Below, one piece after another: positions 9,435 through 20,198 of a stretch of DNA of 64,000 bases (position 1 is the first letter of the stretch; the number at the start of each line of letters is the position of its first letter). The position numbers and the translations under genes are program-made. This DNA comes from Candidatus Omnitrophota bacterium (GTDB lineage Bacteria > Omnitrophota > Gorgyraeia > Gygaellales > JBFMHM01). The notes beneath the pieces are model-generated. The model did no database searches. It saw nothing but the letters and a program-made list of their open reading frames with translations, and was not told the DNA's origin. Where the stretch lies: the NCBI GenBank assembly GCA_040753015.1, contig JBFMHM010000002.1, forward strand, positions 102,111 through 166,110. Reading direction: 5' to 3'.

Positions 9435-10973
9435 TTATATTTTTGCCGATAAACCAATTTTAGCTTCTTCAATATCGACTTTTATTATCTTCGCCTCTAA
9501 CTTATCGCCAACCTTAAGGTTCTGTAGCGCTTCTTTATCGATTTCGTTTGAATAAATTAACCCTTCAATATCTTCCTCTAGCTTAGCAAAAACACCAAAT
9601 TCAGTAATACTTACAACGGTAACTTCTATAATTTTACCTACAGGATAAGCCTCAGATATTTGCGGCCATGGATTAGCAAGTAGCTGTTTTAACCCTAAAG
9701 AAATCTTCCTATTTTTCCCATCAACAGAAATAACCATTGCTTCAATCTTTTGCCCTTTTTTAAGAATATCTTGTGGCCGGGCGATTCTCTTTGTCCAAGA
9801 AAGATCACTAACATGAATCATGCCTTCAAGATTACCTTCAAGCTCTATAAAAGCTCCGTAATCTGTAAAACCTCTCACCACTCCCGTTACTCTTGAGTTA
9901 ACTGGAAATCTTTCTTCTGCTTCAAGCCAGGGATTTACCTCAAGCTGCTTTATACTTAATGATATACGGCGGCTATCGCGGTCAATATTTAAAACTTGCA
10001 CTTCAATAATGTCGCCGATTGCAAAAGTATCGCTAAGATTAGTAATTTTTTTTGACCAAGAAATTTCAGAAATATGCACTAAACCCTCGATTCCTTTTTC
10101 AAGCTCAACAAATATTCCATAAGGCAGTATATTAACTACCTTGCCTTTTGTTTTTGAACCAGAAGGATATTTATTTTCGATATTTTCCCAGGGATCAGGC
10201 AACCTCTGTTTTAACCCTAAAGAAACTTTTTCATTATCTTTATCGATTGATAGTATAGTTAACTCTATTTGATCATCTATCGCAACCACTTCGGATGGAT
10301 GATTAACTTTAGACCATGACATATCAGTTATATGCAAAAGCCCATCAACACCACCTAGGTCGATAAATGCACCAAAATCAGTAATTGCTTTAACCTTACC
10401 TTTCACTACCTGCCCTGCTTCAAGCTTAGACCAAAGCTCTCCCTTTGCAGCCTTTACTTCGCGTGCTTGAGCTTCCTTTCGCGACAAAATAAGGCTTTTT
10501 CTAAGATTATTCATTTTAGTAATCTTGAATTTAAAAACCTTATTAATAGTCTCGCGATCAGACATATTCTTAAAGGTTGATAATGATGCCGGTAAAAATC
10601 CAACCACCCCCCAAACATCAACCATATATCCACCCTTAACTTTTCTTATTACCTTACCATCAACCATTTCGTCATTTTTTTGACAATCTACAATAGTTTG
10701 CCAGCCTTTTAATTTCTTTGCCTTCTCATAGGAAAGAACTATCATCCCCTCTTCATTTTCTGTAGCCTCAACCAAAACTTCGATTTCACGGTCTATCTCA
10801 AGCTCTTCCTTGGAAAACTCGATAATCGGAATTATGCCTTCTGACTTATATCCAACATCAATAAATACCTCATTTTTACCTATAGAAACGATTTTACCTT
10901 TAACAATCTGCCCTTCCTTAACTTCTTTAAAACTCATCGAATATAGATCTTTTAACTCTTGTGATGTTTCCAT
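9435..10973 (-). CDS. rpsA: 30S ribosomal protein S1
   Basis: Repeated S1 domains (FGAFIDLGGVDGLLHITDMSW etc.). Confidence 0.95.
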   Translation of the reverse strand: METSQELKDLYSMSFKEVKEGQIVKGKIVSIGKNEVFIDVGYKSEGIIPIIEFSKEELEIDREIEVLVEATENEEGMIVLSYEKAKKLKGWQTIVDCQKNDEMVDGKVIRKVKGGYMVDVWGVVGFLPASLSTFKNMSDRETINKVFKFKITKMNNLRKSLILSRKEAQAREVKAAKGELWSKLEAGQVVKGKVKAITDFGAFIDLGGVDGLLHITDMSWSKVNHPSEVVAIDDQIELTILSIDKDNEKVSLGLKQRLPDPWENIENKYPSGSKTKGKVVNILPYGIFVELEKGIEGLVHISEISWSKKITNLSDTFAIGDIIEVQVLNIDRDSRRISLSIKQLEVNPWLEAEERFPVNSRVTGVVRGFTDYGAFIELEGNLEGMIHVSDLSWTKRIARPQDILKKGQKIEAMVISVDGKNRKISLGLKQLLANPWPQISEAYPVGKIIEVTVVSITEFGVFAKLEEDIEGLIYSNEIDKEALQNLKVGDKLEAKIIKVDIEEAKIGLSAKI

Positions 10974-10995
10974 TATATAACCACCCTTATTTTTA

Positions 10996-11865
10996 TTATT
11001 TACTTTTTAAATAGTTTAACAATTCACTAACTAAAAAACTCGGTGTAGATGCACCGGTTGCAATTCCTGCAGTCTTAATTCTGCTTATTACATTGCCTTT
11101 ATTTCTTAATTCGCTAATTTTTTCAATATGAAAAGTTTTTACTCTCGTCTGTTGGCATAACTCATTCAGGCGCTTTGTATTAGCACTATTTTTCCCGCCG
11201 ATAATAAACATAGCATCAACCTCCTTTGATAACTCGATAACTTCTTTTTGCCTGGAGATTGCGTCAGCACAAATAGTATTAAATACTCTCACCTCCTTAA
11301 TAAACGAATTCTCCCAAAGAAAATGATAAATAAAACTAAAGTATTTATCTTTTGCCTGTGTAGTTTGGGAAATTATGCCAAAAACTAGTTTATTATTATC
11401 CTTTAATTTAATAAATTTGTCAAGTAAAAGATGCGTTGAAGGACTAACGATAAATGCCTGAGGTATACGGCTCTTAATTGCTCTTATTTCCGGATGCTTT
11501 TTATCACCATAAATTATTATTTGATAATTTTGTTTTTTTAATGATTCGGCTATTCTATAAACTTTACTAACATAAGGACAAGTTGTATCAACTATTTTTA
11601 TTTTTTTTCTTGCTAATTCCTTAATTATATTTTCCGGGACCCCGTGAGAAGGTAAAATTAATATAGCATTGTCTTTAATTTTGCTTATATCATTAATTAC
11701 TATAAGACCCAAACCCATTAATTCTTCAATAACACCCTTATTATGGATAATTTGGCCAAGCGAATAAACCGGTGATTTTGACTTAGCTAAAACATTCTTA
11801 GTTAAATCGAGTGCACGTCTTACACCTTGACAAAACCCGATAGTTTTTGCAATTTTAACTCTCAT
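10996..11865 (-). CDS. ispH: 4-hydroxy-3-methylbut-2-enyl diphosphate reductase
   Basis: GFCQGVRRA, DTTCPYV, NTICAD, SANT, GAST. Confidence 0.93.
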   Translation of the reverse strand: MRVKIAKTIGFCQGVRRALDLTKNVLAKSKSPVYSLGQIIHNKGVIEELMGLGLIVINDISKIKDNAILILPSHGVPENIIKELARKKIKIVDTTCPYVSKVYRIAESLKKQNYQIIIYGDKKHPEIRAIKSRIPQAFIVSPSTHLLLDKFIKLKDNNKLVFGIISQTTQAKDKYFSFIYHFLWENSFIKEVRVFNTICADAISRQKEVIELSKEVDAMFIIGGKNSANTKRLNELCQQTRVKTFHIEKISELRNKGNVISRIKTAGIATGASTPSFLVSELLNYLKSK

Positions 11866-12443
11866 CCTTTTAAATTATTAATAGATTCCATAATTTTATT
11901 TAATACATATTCTCGCGATAATTCATTTTGATAATATATCGGCCTGCCAAACTTTACAGAAACATCACAAAAATTAATCCTACTAGCATGCTTAGGCCAG
12001 GCATAAGAAGCCCCACTAACATACGCAGGAACAACTGGCACGTTGGCGCTTTCAGCAAGTAATGCAACCCCTGCCTTTATACCTCTTACTTCTTCACTGT
12101 CGCGGCTACCCTGAGGAAACATTACCATAGCATGCCCATTTTTCAAAAATTTAATTGCTTTTTTTATTGCAGAAAAATCGTTAAATCCGCGCTTAATTGG
12201 AAAAACCCCTAGTTGTTTTAGAAATAAAGCAAACAAAGGATTTATAAAAAGCGTATCCCTCGCCATAAACTTCAATTTTATCGGAACGCTTACCCCAAGG
12301 ATTATTGGATCTAAGAAACTCGTATGATTGCTTGCAACAATGTAACCTGTTTTTCGAGGAAGGTTTTCTTGGCCTGATGTTTTTAAATTAAAAAATAATC
12401 TGAGCAATACGAATGAAATAAACCTGCTAATAGTATAAATCAT
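11862..12443 (-). CDS. plsC: 1-acyl-sn-glycerol-3-phosphate acyltransferase
   Basis: NHTSFLD and FPQGSR motifs. Confidence 0.88.
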   Translation of the reverse strand: MIYTISRFISFVLLRLFFNLKTSGQENLPRKTGYIVASNHTSFLDPIILGVSVPIKLKFMARDTLFINPLFALFLKQLGVFPIKRGFNDFSAIKKAIKFLKNGHAMVMFPQGSRDSEEVRGIKAGVALLAESANVPVVPAYVSGASYAWPKHASRINFCDVSVKFGRPIYYQNELSREYVLNKIMESINNLKG

Positions 12444-12448
12444 ATGCC

Positions 12449-13837
12449 TTACTTACTAAATACTAGCTCTCTGCCAAAATTGAGTAATTCCTTTGCTCTT
12501 TTTTGCGTGGTCGCTTCGGAGTAAATTCTCATTATCGGTTCAGTCCCTGATGCGCGCATCATAAGCCAGCTTTGATCAGAACATGTAAGTCGAACCCCAT
12601 CTGAATCCTTAACATCGATAACATCTTTACCAAGTAAATTTTTATAATTTTTGAAATCGTTTATATTAAACTTAACGCCATCAATATTAAAATGATCTTT
12701 TAGATAATAAAATCTACCGTATTTCTGTTCCATGTCATTAATTAATCGCTTGAGCGTCTTGTTTCTAAACGCCATCATCTCAAGTAAGAGTAAAATTGCA
12801 AGACTACCGTCGCGCTCTGGAATATAATTTTTAAAACCCATGCCGCCCGCCTCTTCGCCTCCAACAACAACGTCTTCTCTCTCCATTAAATCAGAAATAT
12901 ATTTAAAACCAACTGGTGTTTCATATAATTTAACATTAAACCCTTTTGCAATATTATCCATCATTGTAGTACCAACAATGGTTTTTACAATTCCCCCGGA
13001 TAATTTACGATCTTCATTTAAGTGCAAAGCAAGTAAACCCAAAATCTTTTGAGGACTAATAAATTCGCCATCTTCAGTTACCGCCGCAAGCCTATCTGCA
13101 TCACCATCTAAAACAAAACCAGCACTAAACTTATCTTTCTTAACTCTCTTTAATAACTCCTGCACATATTCAGCAACAGGTTCGGGCCTCATGCCGCCAA
13201 AGGACGGATTAATATCATCATGCATAAAATCAATTTCTATATGACTATTTTTTAACACATCCTTTAAAAATGTATTCCCGCTCCCATGCATAACATCTAC
13301 AAGAATCCTAAATTTTGCTCTTTTTATAATTTTCAAATTAATATATAAAGATAGTGCCTTGATGTAATCTTTAGTAATATTTTTTATAACAATGTCTTTT
13401 TTATCCATTAATATAATATCTTTTTGATTTATTGTCGGAATAATTTTTTCAACTTCTTGAGTAATGCTAGCTCCAGCGGCTCCGCCGGTTGAGGTTTTGA
13501 TTTTTATTCCATTAAACTCAGCTGGGTTATGGCTTGCTGTGATCATAACCCCTAGATTGCATTTATTATCTTTAACCGCCAAACTTAAAGCTGGCGTTGG
13601 AACTGATTGATCCGACAGAAACACTAATATATCATTAGCTGCGATAACCTGTGCTGTTATAGAAGCAAACTTATCCGATAAGAAACGATTATCAAAACCT
13701 ACTGCCATCTTAATATTTTTGCCGAATGTTCTTTTTGCATAAATTGCAATGGCTTGAGCCACTAACTTCACATTTTCAAATGTAAATTCATCAGCAATCA
13801 CTGCACGCCATCCGTCTGTACCAAATTTAATCATCAA
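12449..13837 (-). CDS. Phosphoglucomutase/phosphomannomutase family protein
   Basis: FGTDGWR, TASHNP, DGDADR, GEEAGG, RASGTEP. Confidence 0.92.
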   Translation of the reverse strand: MMIKFGTDGWRAVIADEFTFENVKLVAQAIAIYAKRTFGKNIKMAVGFDNRFLSDKFASITAQVIAANDILVFLSDQSVPTPALSLAVKDNKCNLGVMITASHNPAEFNGIKIKTSTGGAAGASITQEVEKIIPTINQKDIILMDKKDIVIKNITKDYIKALSLYINLKIIKRAKFRILVDVMHGSGNTFLKDVLKNSHIEIDFMHDDINPSFGGMRPEPVAEYVQELLKRVKKDKFSAGFVLDGDADRLAAVTEDGEFISPQKILGLLALHLNEDRKLSGGIVKTIVGTTMMDNIAKGFNVKLYETPVGFKYISDLMEREDVVVGGEEAGGMGFKNYIPERDGSLAILLLLEMMAFRNKTLKRLINDMEQKYGRFYYLKDHFNIDGVKFNINDFKNYKNLLGKDVIDVKDSDGVRLTCSDQSWLMMRASGTEPIMRIYSEATTQKRAKELLNFGRELVFSK

Positions 13838-14484
13838 ATTGTCCTCCTTAAAACTTCAATAGCCGCCTTTGGATCTTTTGATCTAAAAATATAACTGCCG
13901 GACGCAAGAATATTCGCACCAGCATCTACCGCCATAGGCGCTGTTTTATCATCTATACCTCCATCAACAACTATATTACCTTTATAAATTTTACGTAAGT
14001 CCTTAATTTTCTCTAAACATCCGTCTATAAATTTCTGCCCGCCAAAACCAGGATTAACAGTCATAATCAAAACATAGTCGCACAAGCATAAAACAGGAAT
14101 AATTTTAATTAAAGGCGTGGGCGGATTAAGCGAAATACCAACAAGAATTCCTTGCTTCTTAAGATTAACTGCTGTTTTCTTAAAATCTAATGGCGTGATT
14201 GTTTCAATATGCAATGTAATCATTGAACATCCACTCTTAATAAATTCATCGATAAACTTTAACGGATTTTCAATCATCAAATGTGCTTCTAATGGTAATT
14301 TTGTAATCTTACGAATATCACGCACAATAGGCATACCATAAGTAATGTTCGGAACAAAATGCCCATCCATAATATCAAGGTGTAAAAAATCTACTCCCAG
14401 AGCTTCAACCATTTTTATCTCGGCACCTAAATTACAAAAATCTACTGCTAATATTGACGGTGCAATTTTAATTCTCTTTTGCAT
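13834..14484 (-). CDS. rpe: Ribulose-phosphate 3-epimerase
   Basis: APSIL, HLDIMDGHFVPN, MTVNPGFGGQ, VDGG. Confidence 0.95.
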   Translation of the reverse strand: MQKRIKIAPSILAVDFCNLGAEIKMVEALGVDFLHLDIMDGHFVPNITYGMPIVRDIRKITKLPLEAHLMIENPLKFIDEFIKSGCSMITLHIETITPLDFKKTAVNLKKQGILVGISLNPPTPLIKIIPVLCLCDYVLIMTVNPGFGGQKFIDGCLEKIKDLRKIYKGNIVVDGGIDDKTAPMAVDAGANILASGSYIFRSKDPKAAIEVLRRTI

Positions 14485-15043
14485 AGAGCCTTTTTTTTAT
14501 TATAAAATTTCTGACTTTATCTGGGACTAAATACCTTATCGAAAGATTGCTCTTTAAACGCTCCCTAATCTCAAAAGCTGATATATCTAGACCATTAATA
14601 TATACCTGGATTATACGTTTATCAATATCTTTAAAATCATATCCTGGGCGCGCCGCCATCACGAATTTTGCTATTTTATAAATTTCATCGATATCTCTCC
14701 AATCATTCAAATATGCAACGGCGTCGGATCCGACTATAAAAAATAATTCGTCCTGCTGATATTTTTGCCTAAAATATTTTACTGTATCAATAGAATAAGA
14801 AATGCCGCCTCTTTTTATCTCTAAATCACTAACTAAAAAACTATTATTCCCGGAAATTGCCCATTTTACCATTTTAAACCGCATGCTCGAAGGTAAAAAA
14901 TTTTTATCTTGTTTATGCGGCGTAATATTTGCCGGAATAAATATTACTCGATCTAAAGAAAGCTTGCCTTTTATTTCCTCGGCAAGTATTAAATGACCTA
15001 AGTGGATAGGATCAAACGATCCGCCTAATAAACCTATTTTCAT
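14468..15043 (-). CDS. nadD: Nicotinate-nucleotide adenylyltransferase
   Basis: GGSFDPIHLGH, SYSIDT, FIVGSD. Confidence 0.94.
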   Translation of the reverse strand: MKIGLLGGSFDPIHLGHLILAEEIKGKLSLDRVIFIPANITPHKQDKNFLPSSMRFKMVKWAISGNNSFLVSDLEIKRGGISYSIDTVKYFRQKYQQDELFFIVGSDAVAYLNDWRDIDEIYKIAKFVMAARPGYDFKDIDKRIIQVYINGLDISAFEIRERLKSNLSIRYLVPDKVRNFIIKKRLYAKEN

Positions 15044-16299
15044 TCCCTAATTTGCCCTCTGCCAAGAATTTCATATTTATAGGTCGTAAGCTCCTCTAGC
15101 GCCATCGGCCCTCTAGCATGAATTTTGTCAGTAGAAATACCGATCTCTCCGCCCATTCCAAACTGGAAACCATCAGTAAATCTTGTTGAAGCATTTTGAT
15201 ATACACAGGCTGAATCTACTAATTTTAAAAACCTTAAAGCATTGCTCTTTTTTTCTGTAATTATACTGTCCGAATGACGTGAACCATAATAATTGATGTG
15301 AGTAATTGCATCCTCTAAAGAATTCACAACTTTTATCGCTAGAATTAAATCCAAATATTCTTCATACCAATCTGCTTCCCTAGCATTATTAATATCTTTT
15401 ACGATTCTTTTTGTAATAGGGCACCCTCTAACTTCAACATTAAAACTTTTTAACTCTTTTATTAATTTAGGCAGAAAATTCTTGGCAATATCACGATGTA
15501 CTAATACTTTTTCTACCGCATTACAAACTCCCGGCCTCTGCACTTTAGCATTAATTATAATTTTTAAAGCCATTTCTAAATTCGCCATATTATCAACAAA
15601 AATGTGGCATACACCTTTGTAATGCTTAATCACGGGAATTTTAGATTTTTCAGTCACAAGCCTAATTAAACTCTCCCCGCCCCTAGGCATCACTAAATCA
15701 ATGTAATTATCCAATTTTAATAATACATTTATCACATTCCTTTCGACAAAAGGAACTAAATTAATACAATCAGGGTTAATTTTATTTTTAATTAAAACCT
15801 CTCTTAAAATTTTATAAATTGCCCTATTAGAATTTATTGCCTCGCTACCACCGCGTAAAATTACAGCATTAGAACTTTTAAAACATAAACCTATACAATC
15901 AGAGGTTACATTTGGACGAGATTCATAAATTACCACGATAACACCAATTGGTACACGTACTTTATTAATAATCAGCCCATTCGGCCGCCGAGTTTTTGAT
16001 ATTATTTTACCAATAGGATCCGGCAACATTGAAATGGCAATAAGAGATGCCGCCATTTCTTTAATACGTTTATCACTTAAAGTTAATCTATCTATTAAAG
16101 CTCCCGGAAAATTTTTATTTTTTGCGAAATCTATATCTTTATGGTTTTCTTTCAAAATGAAATCTCTATTTTTTAAAAGAGACTCTGCCATTTCTCTCAA
16201 AACTTTATTTTTTATCTTAGTATCAATATCTAATAAACTAAAGCAAGCTGCTTTTGTTCTTTTAGCAATATCTATAATTTGTTTCTTTAAATTCACCAT
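15040..16299 (-). CDS. proA: Glutamate-5-semialdehyde dehydrogenase
   Basis: YESRPNVT, GVCNAVE, NASTRFTDG, HARGPM. Confidence 0.96.
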   Translation of the reverse strand: MVNLKKQIIDIAKRTKAACFSLLDIDTKIKNKVLREMAESLLKNRDFILKENHKDIDFAKNKNFPGALIDRLTLSDKRIKEMAASLIAISMLPDPIGKIISKTRRPNGLIINKVRVPIGVIVVIYESRPNVTSDCIGLCFKSSNAVILRGGSEAINSNRAIYKILREVLIKNKINPDCINLVPFVERNVINVLLKLDNYIDLVMPRGGESLIRLVTEKSKIPVIKHYKGVCHIFVDNMANLEMALKIIINAKVQRPGVCNAVEKVLVHRDIAKNFLPKLIKELKSFNVEVRGCPITKRIVKDINNAREADWYEEYLDLILAIKVVNSLEDAITHINYYGSRHSDSIITEKKSNALRFLKLVDSACVYQNASTRFTDGFQFGMGGEIGISTDKIHARGPMALEELTTYKYEILGRGQIRE

Positions 16300-16302
16300 A
16301 TT

Positions 16303-17127
16303 TTAGAAATGTTTTGCTTTGATCTGCGTTAATAATTCGCTATCAATAGTTACACGCGTATTCTTAGGTATAAAAATTGTACCGACAGCATAATGATTAA
16401 TTATTTTTGACAAAACATTTTTTGTTTTGCCGTTTGCAATTACTAGAGGAATACCGCTTGCGCCGGCAATCTTTGCCGCGGTAATCTTTGAAGACATACC
16501 ACCTACACAATGCTCTTTATCTGTACCACAAGCGAATCGCTCGATATCAGGCGTGATTTTTTTAACTATTCTTAGGCATTTTTTACCTTTATATAACCCA
16601 TCTACGTCTGATAAAATTATTAAAAGATCTGCATCTACTAAACCACTTACAAGACTAGATAATTTATCATTATCGCCAAATTTAATTTCTTCAACAGAAA
16701 CGGCATCATTTTCATTAACAACTGGAATTACTTTTAATCTTAAAGAATCCAATAATGTATTTCTTGCATTAATAAAACGTTTTTTTTGGCTAAAATCATC
16801 CCATGTAAGAAGTATTTGAGAACAAGCTATTCCTCTTGGTTTTAAAAATTTGTTAAAAGCATCCATTAGGTGCACCTGGCCGATTGATGCTGCAGTCTGT
16901 AAAACAGATAGTTTTTTAGGGCGGGTTTTGAGTTTTAGAACATTCATACCGAAGGCAATTGCACCGGATGAAACAATAACAATCTCTTTGCCTTGGCTAA
17001 TCAAATCTAAAATATCATCTAAGATAGCCGATAAATAAGAGTAGTTTATTTTCCCTGAAGATAAAGAAAATATGCTTGAGCCAAGTTTAACTACTATACG
17101 ACTATATTTTCTTTTTAATTGTTTCAA
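16303..17127 (-). CDS. proB: Glutamate 5-kinase (no PUA domain)
   Basis: VVKLGSS, VSSGAI, NENDAV, GDND, GGMSSK. Confidence 0.94.
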   Translation of the reverse strand: MKQLKRKYSRIVVKLGSSIFSLSSGKINYSYLSAILDDILDLISQGKEIVIVSSGAIAFGMNVLKLKTRPKKLSVLQTAASIGQVHLMDAFNKFLKPRGIACSQILLTWDDFSQKKRFINARNTLLDSLRLKVIPVVNENDAVSVEEIKFGDNDKLSSLVSGLVDADLLIILSDVDGLYKGKKCLRIVKKITPDIERFACGTDKEHCVGGMSSKITAAKIAGASGIPLVIANGKTKNVLSKIINHYAVGTIFIPKNTRVTIDSELLTQIKAKHF

Positions 17128-18055
17128 CCAACTCCTCCAGACCTATGCCCTTTAAAGCTGAAATAACACAAACCTCTTTAATTTTTAGACTGTTAAATTT
17201 TTTTAGATTTTCCTGCGCGCCTTCTACATCTATTTTATTTAAAACAACAATCTGTTTTTTTCTAGAAAGCAATTGGCTATAATTACTTAATTCGGTATTT
17301 AAATCTCTGTAATCAGAAACTGGATCACGGCCATTCAAAGGGTCTAAATCAATCAAATGAATTAATATTGAAGTTCTCTCAATATGCCTTAAAAACCTGT
17401 CTCCTAACCCCTTACCTAAATGAGACCCTTTGATTAAACCAGGAATATCTGCAACGATTATTCTTAAGTCATCGTTATTAATAACACCCAGTATTGGCTC
17501 TTTAGTTGTAAAAGGATAATTACCTATTCTTGATTTTGCATTAGTTAGTTTATTAATAAGGGTAGATTTACCGGCGTTAGGAAAACCTATAATGCCCACT
17601 TGGGCAATCAATTTTAATTCTAGCAGCAAGTTCTTTTCTTCTCCTGCTAAACCATTAGTTGCTTCATGCTTATGCTGATTTCCCCTCCCCCCTTGTCCGC
17701 CTTTAGCAATAACAATCTCAATACCGTATTCATTAAGATCTCTTATAATGCAATCTGAATCTAAATCCCGCACAATAGTTCCTAGCGGAACTTTAATAAC
17801 TAAATTTGGAGCGTCTTTGCCTTTTTTATTTTTTCCTGACCCATGCTTGCCAGATTCTGCCTTAAAATATTTATTAAACTTAAAATCATAAAGGGTAAGA
17901 ATATTAGGATCTGTCTTTAAAATTATATCGCCGCCGTTGCCACCATCACCTCCGTCTGGCTTAGAATAACGTGTATATTTATCGCTATAGAAACTATTAA
18001 CACCGTTACCGCCTAAGCCGGCTCTTACAAAGATCTTGGCTTCATCAATAAACAC
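17102..18055 (-). CDS. obgE: GTPase Obg/CgtA (short C-terminus)
   Basis: MFIDEAKI, glycine-rich Obg fold, GFPNAGKST, DIPG, NKID. Confidence 0.95.
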   Translation of the reverse strand: MFIDEAKIFVRAGLGGNGVNSFYSDKYTRYSKPDGGDGGNGGDIILKTDPNILTLYDFKFNKYFKAESGKHGSGKNKKGKDAPNLVIKVPLGTIVRDLDSDCIIRDLNEYGIEIVIAKGGQGGRGNQHKHEATNGLAGEEKNLLLELKLIAQVGIIGFPNAGKSTLINKLTNAKSRIGNYPFTTKEPILGVINNDDLRIIVADIPGLIKGSHLGKGLGDRFLRHIERTSILIHLIDLDPLNGRDPVSDYRDLNTELSNYSQLLSRKKQIVVLNKIDVEGAQENLKKFNSLKIKEVCVISALKGIGLEELVETIKKKI

Positions 18056-18069
18056 AAAGCACCTTATAA

Positions 18070-18384
18070 CTATTTATTGATTATTTCTTTAATCAAAAGG
18101 CGTGTTAAATTCTGCCGATGGCCGCGTTTCGTAGATGAACTTTTCCGACGCCTAAATTTAAAAGCAATTACTTTTTTAGCTCTAAAGTCTCCCTTTACTT
18201 CTGCCTTTATTTTAGCATCCTTTATATAAGGCTTGCCAATCTTTATATCATCCTTATCGGCGATTAAAAGAACTTTATTTAGTTCTACAGATTTTGCTTT
18301 TCCCTGCCCAATAAGCTCAACATTGATAATATCGCCTTCTTTTATAGTATATTGCTTTGCCCCAACTTCAACTATTGCATACAT
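18070..18384 (-). CDS. rplU: 50S ribosomal protein L21
   Basis: MYAIVEVGAKQY...GHRQ; GGAGG RBS. Confidence 0.96.
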   Translation of the reverse strand: MYAIVEVGAKQYTIKEGDIINVELIGQGKAKSVELNKVLLIADKDDIKIGKPYIKDAKIKAEVKGDFRAKKVIAFKFRRRKSSSTKRGHRQNLTRLLIKEIINK

Positions 18385-18460
18385 TTATAACCTCCAAAGT
18401 TAATGAATTATTATGCTAGCTGTCAATAAAAAATTATAATATCATGAGTGAGTTAAACCG

Positions 18461-19909
18461 TCAAGTTATCTTTACTTGATCAAGCGAGAGACTAATATCT
18501 GAGGATATGAATATTTTTTTGCGGTATTTTCTTTCAATATTCGCCAAATAGGCTCTATTTTCTTTAAAGAATACCTCTGATACTTGAGGATTTAAACTAA
18601 TAAAAACATCTCTTTTGGCAATATCTTTTATCTGTTTCTTTAAAGACTGAATTGCACTTACGCAAATACTAACTATTGATTTTATCTTGCCGCTGCCTTG
18701 ACAATGTGGACAATCTTGAAAAAATAGGCTTTCGGGCGTTCTGTGAACGCGCTCCCTCGTCATTTGCACTAATCCAAACTTCGATATCTCTAGAATATCG
18801 GTTTTTGCCCTATCTTCCCTAAATACTTGTTTTAATTTTTTTAATATATCCTGCCTATGAAAAAATTTTTCCATATCAATAAAATCAATTACTATAATAC
18901 CGCCTAGATCCCTTAATTTTATCTGCCTTACGATCTCTGGCACCGCTTCGAGATTAACAGAATAAGCCATATTCTCCTGATTAAGCTTCTTCTTAAATTT
19001 ACCACTATTAACATCTATAACTGCAAGCCCCTCTGTCTGTTCAATAACTAAATATGCGCCACTTTTAAGATATACTTTTTTTTCATAAATTTTCGGGATT
19101 TCGCATTCTAAGTTTTTATAATTAAATAACGGCAAATCCTTATTATAAAATTCGATTCTTCTGATTGCTTCTCTAAAAAAAGATTTCATAAAATTAACAA
19201 CTCTTTTAAACTCTTCCCTAGAATCAATAAGAAGCCTCGTTACATCATCAGAAAAACAATCTCTTATTATACGTAAAATTAAATCATATTCTTCATAGAT
19301 AAGCATCGGCGCTCGAGATCGTTTTGCAAGCCGCTCAATCCTTGACCATAATTTGATTAAGAAACGGAAATCTCTGATTAAATCTTTTTTAGTTGCGCCA
19401 TATGCAGCTGTTCTAATTATAAAACCTTTATCCTTCGGTAAATGCAGCTCATGCAATAAACCAAGCAAGCGCTTTCTCTCGATGGAATCGTCGATCCTTC
19501 TTGAAATTCCTGAGGTAGTGTCTTGCGGCATGATAACTAAATTCCTTGCAGCAATACTAATATTAGTAGTTAAACGGGGCCCTTTTGTACCATAGGGTTC
19601 TTTGGTAACTTGAACTAATATTTCCTGTCCAACCTTAAATTCTAGGGGCTTTCTTTCCTTAACCGGCTCAAGTGATTCTAAATCTAAAGGCGCTTCTGAT
19701 AAATATAAAAAACCATTTTTAATAAGACCTATATTTACAAAGGCAGCGCCTATTTCTGGATGCACAGACTCAACCTTACCCTTATATATATTTCCTACTA
19801 TTGTTTTATATTGGGGCTGCTCAAGATAAAACTCTTCAAATCTACCGTCTTTGGTCACGGCGACTTGAACTTGCTGTGGTTCAACATTAATTAAAATTTC
19901 TTTAGGCAT
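18461..19909 (-). CDS. Rne/Rng family ribonuclease (RNase G length)
   Basis: GNIYKGKV, AAFVNIG, IDVNSG, GGIIVIDFIDM, CPHCQG. Confidence 0.93.
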   Translation of the reverse strand: MPKEILINVEPQQVQVAVTKDGRFEEFYLEQPQYKTIVGNIYKGKVESVHPEIGAAFVNIGLIKNGFLYLSEAPLDLESLEPVKERKPLEFKVGQEILVQVTKEPYGTKGPRLTTNISIAARNLVIMPQDTTSGISRRIDDSIERKRLLGLLHELHLPKDKGFIIRTAAYGATKKDLIRDFRFLIKLWSRIERLAKRSRAPMLIYEEYDLILRIIRDCFSDDVTRLLIDSREEFKRVVNFMKSFFREAIRRIEFYNKDLPLFNYKNLECEIPKIYEKKVYLKSGAYLVIEQTEGLAVIDVNSGKFKKKLNQENMAYSVNLEAVPEIVRQIKLRDLGGIIVIDFIDMEKFFHRQDILKKLKQVFREDRAKTDILEISKFGLVQMTRERVHRTPESLFFQDCPHCQGSGKIKSIVSICVSAIQSLKKQIKDIAKRDVFISLNPQVSEVFFKENRAYLANIERKYRKKIFISSDISLSLDQVKIT

Positions 19910-20198
19910 ATTCTAATTTATTTATTTCAATCCCTTCGGGTAACTGCGTTAAGATAGCACGATTAACATGATCAATAGCTATTGAATCTTTTAATTCAAA
20001 GCTCGCTTCTTCATTGAAAAACTCCACACCAAGTTTAAACGCTCTTTTTATGCTGAATTTAGGATGAGGATTGAAACCTTCGCTAAATTTCAAAGGCAGG
20101 CCACTTCTCCTTAAAACACGCAAAAATAAACGCATTAAATCTAAATGCGAAATATATTTCAAATTGTTAAATTTTGAAAAAAATAATCTAATTTTAAT
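19902..20198 (-). CDS. TIGR03936-like radical-SAM-linked protein, short form
   Basis: KYISHLDLMR..RRSGLP..FSEGFNPHPK..LPEGI. The frame is open 12 codons upstream of the TTG at 20162 (IKIRLFFSK), so an ATT start at 20198 is possible. Confidence 0.75.
   Translation of the reverse strand: MKIRLFFSKFNNLKYISHLDLMRLFLRVLRRSGLPLKFSEGFNPHPKFSIKRAFKLGVEFFNEEASFELKDSIAIDHVNRAILTQLPEGIEINKLEYA

Noticed and set aside
18385-18460. Possible rplU promoter or L21 leader RNA
   Set aside because: TTGACA is present but there is no -10 at proper spacing and no convincing structure
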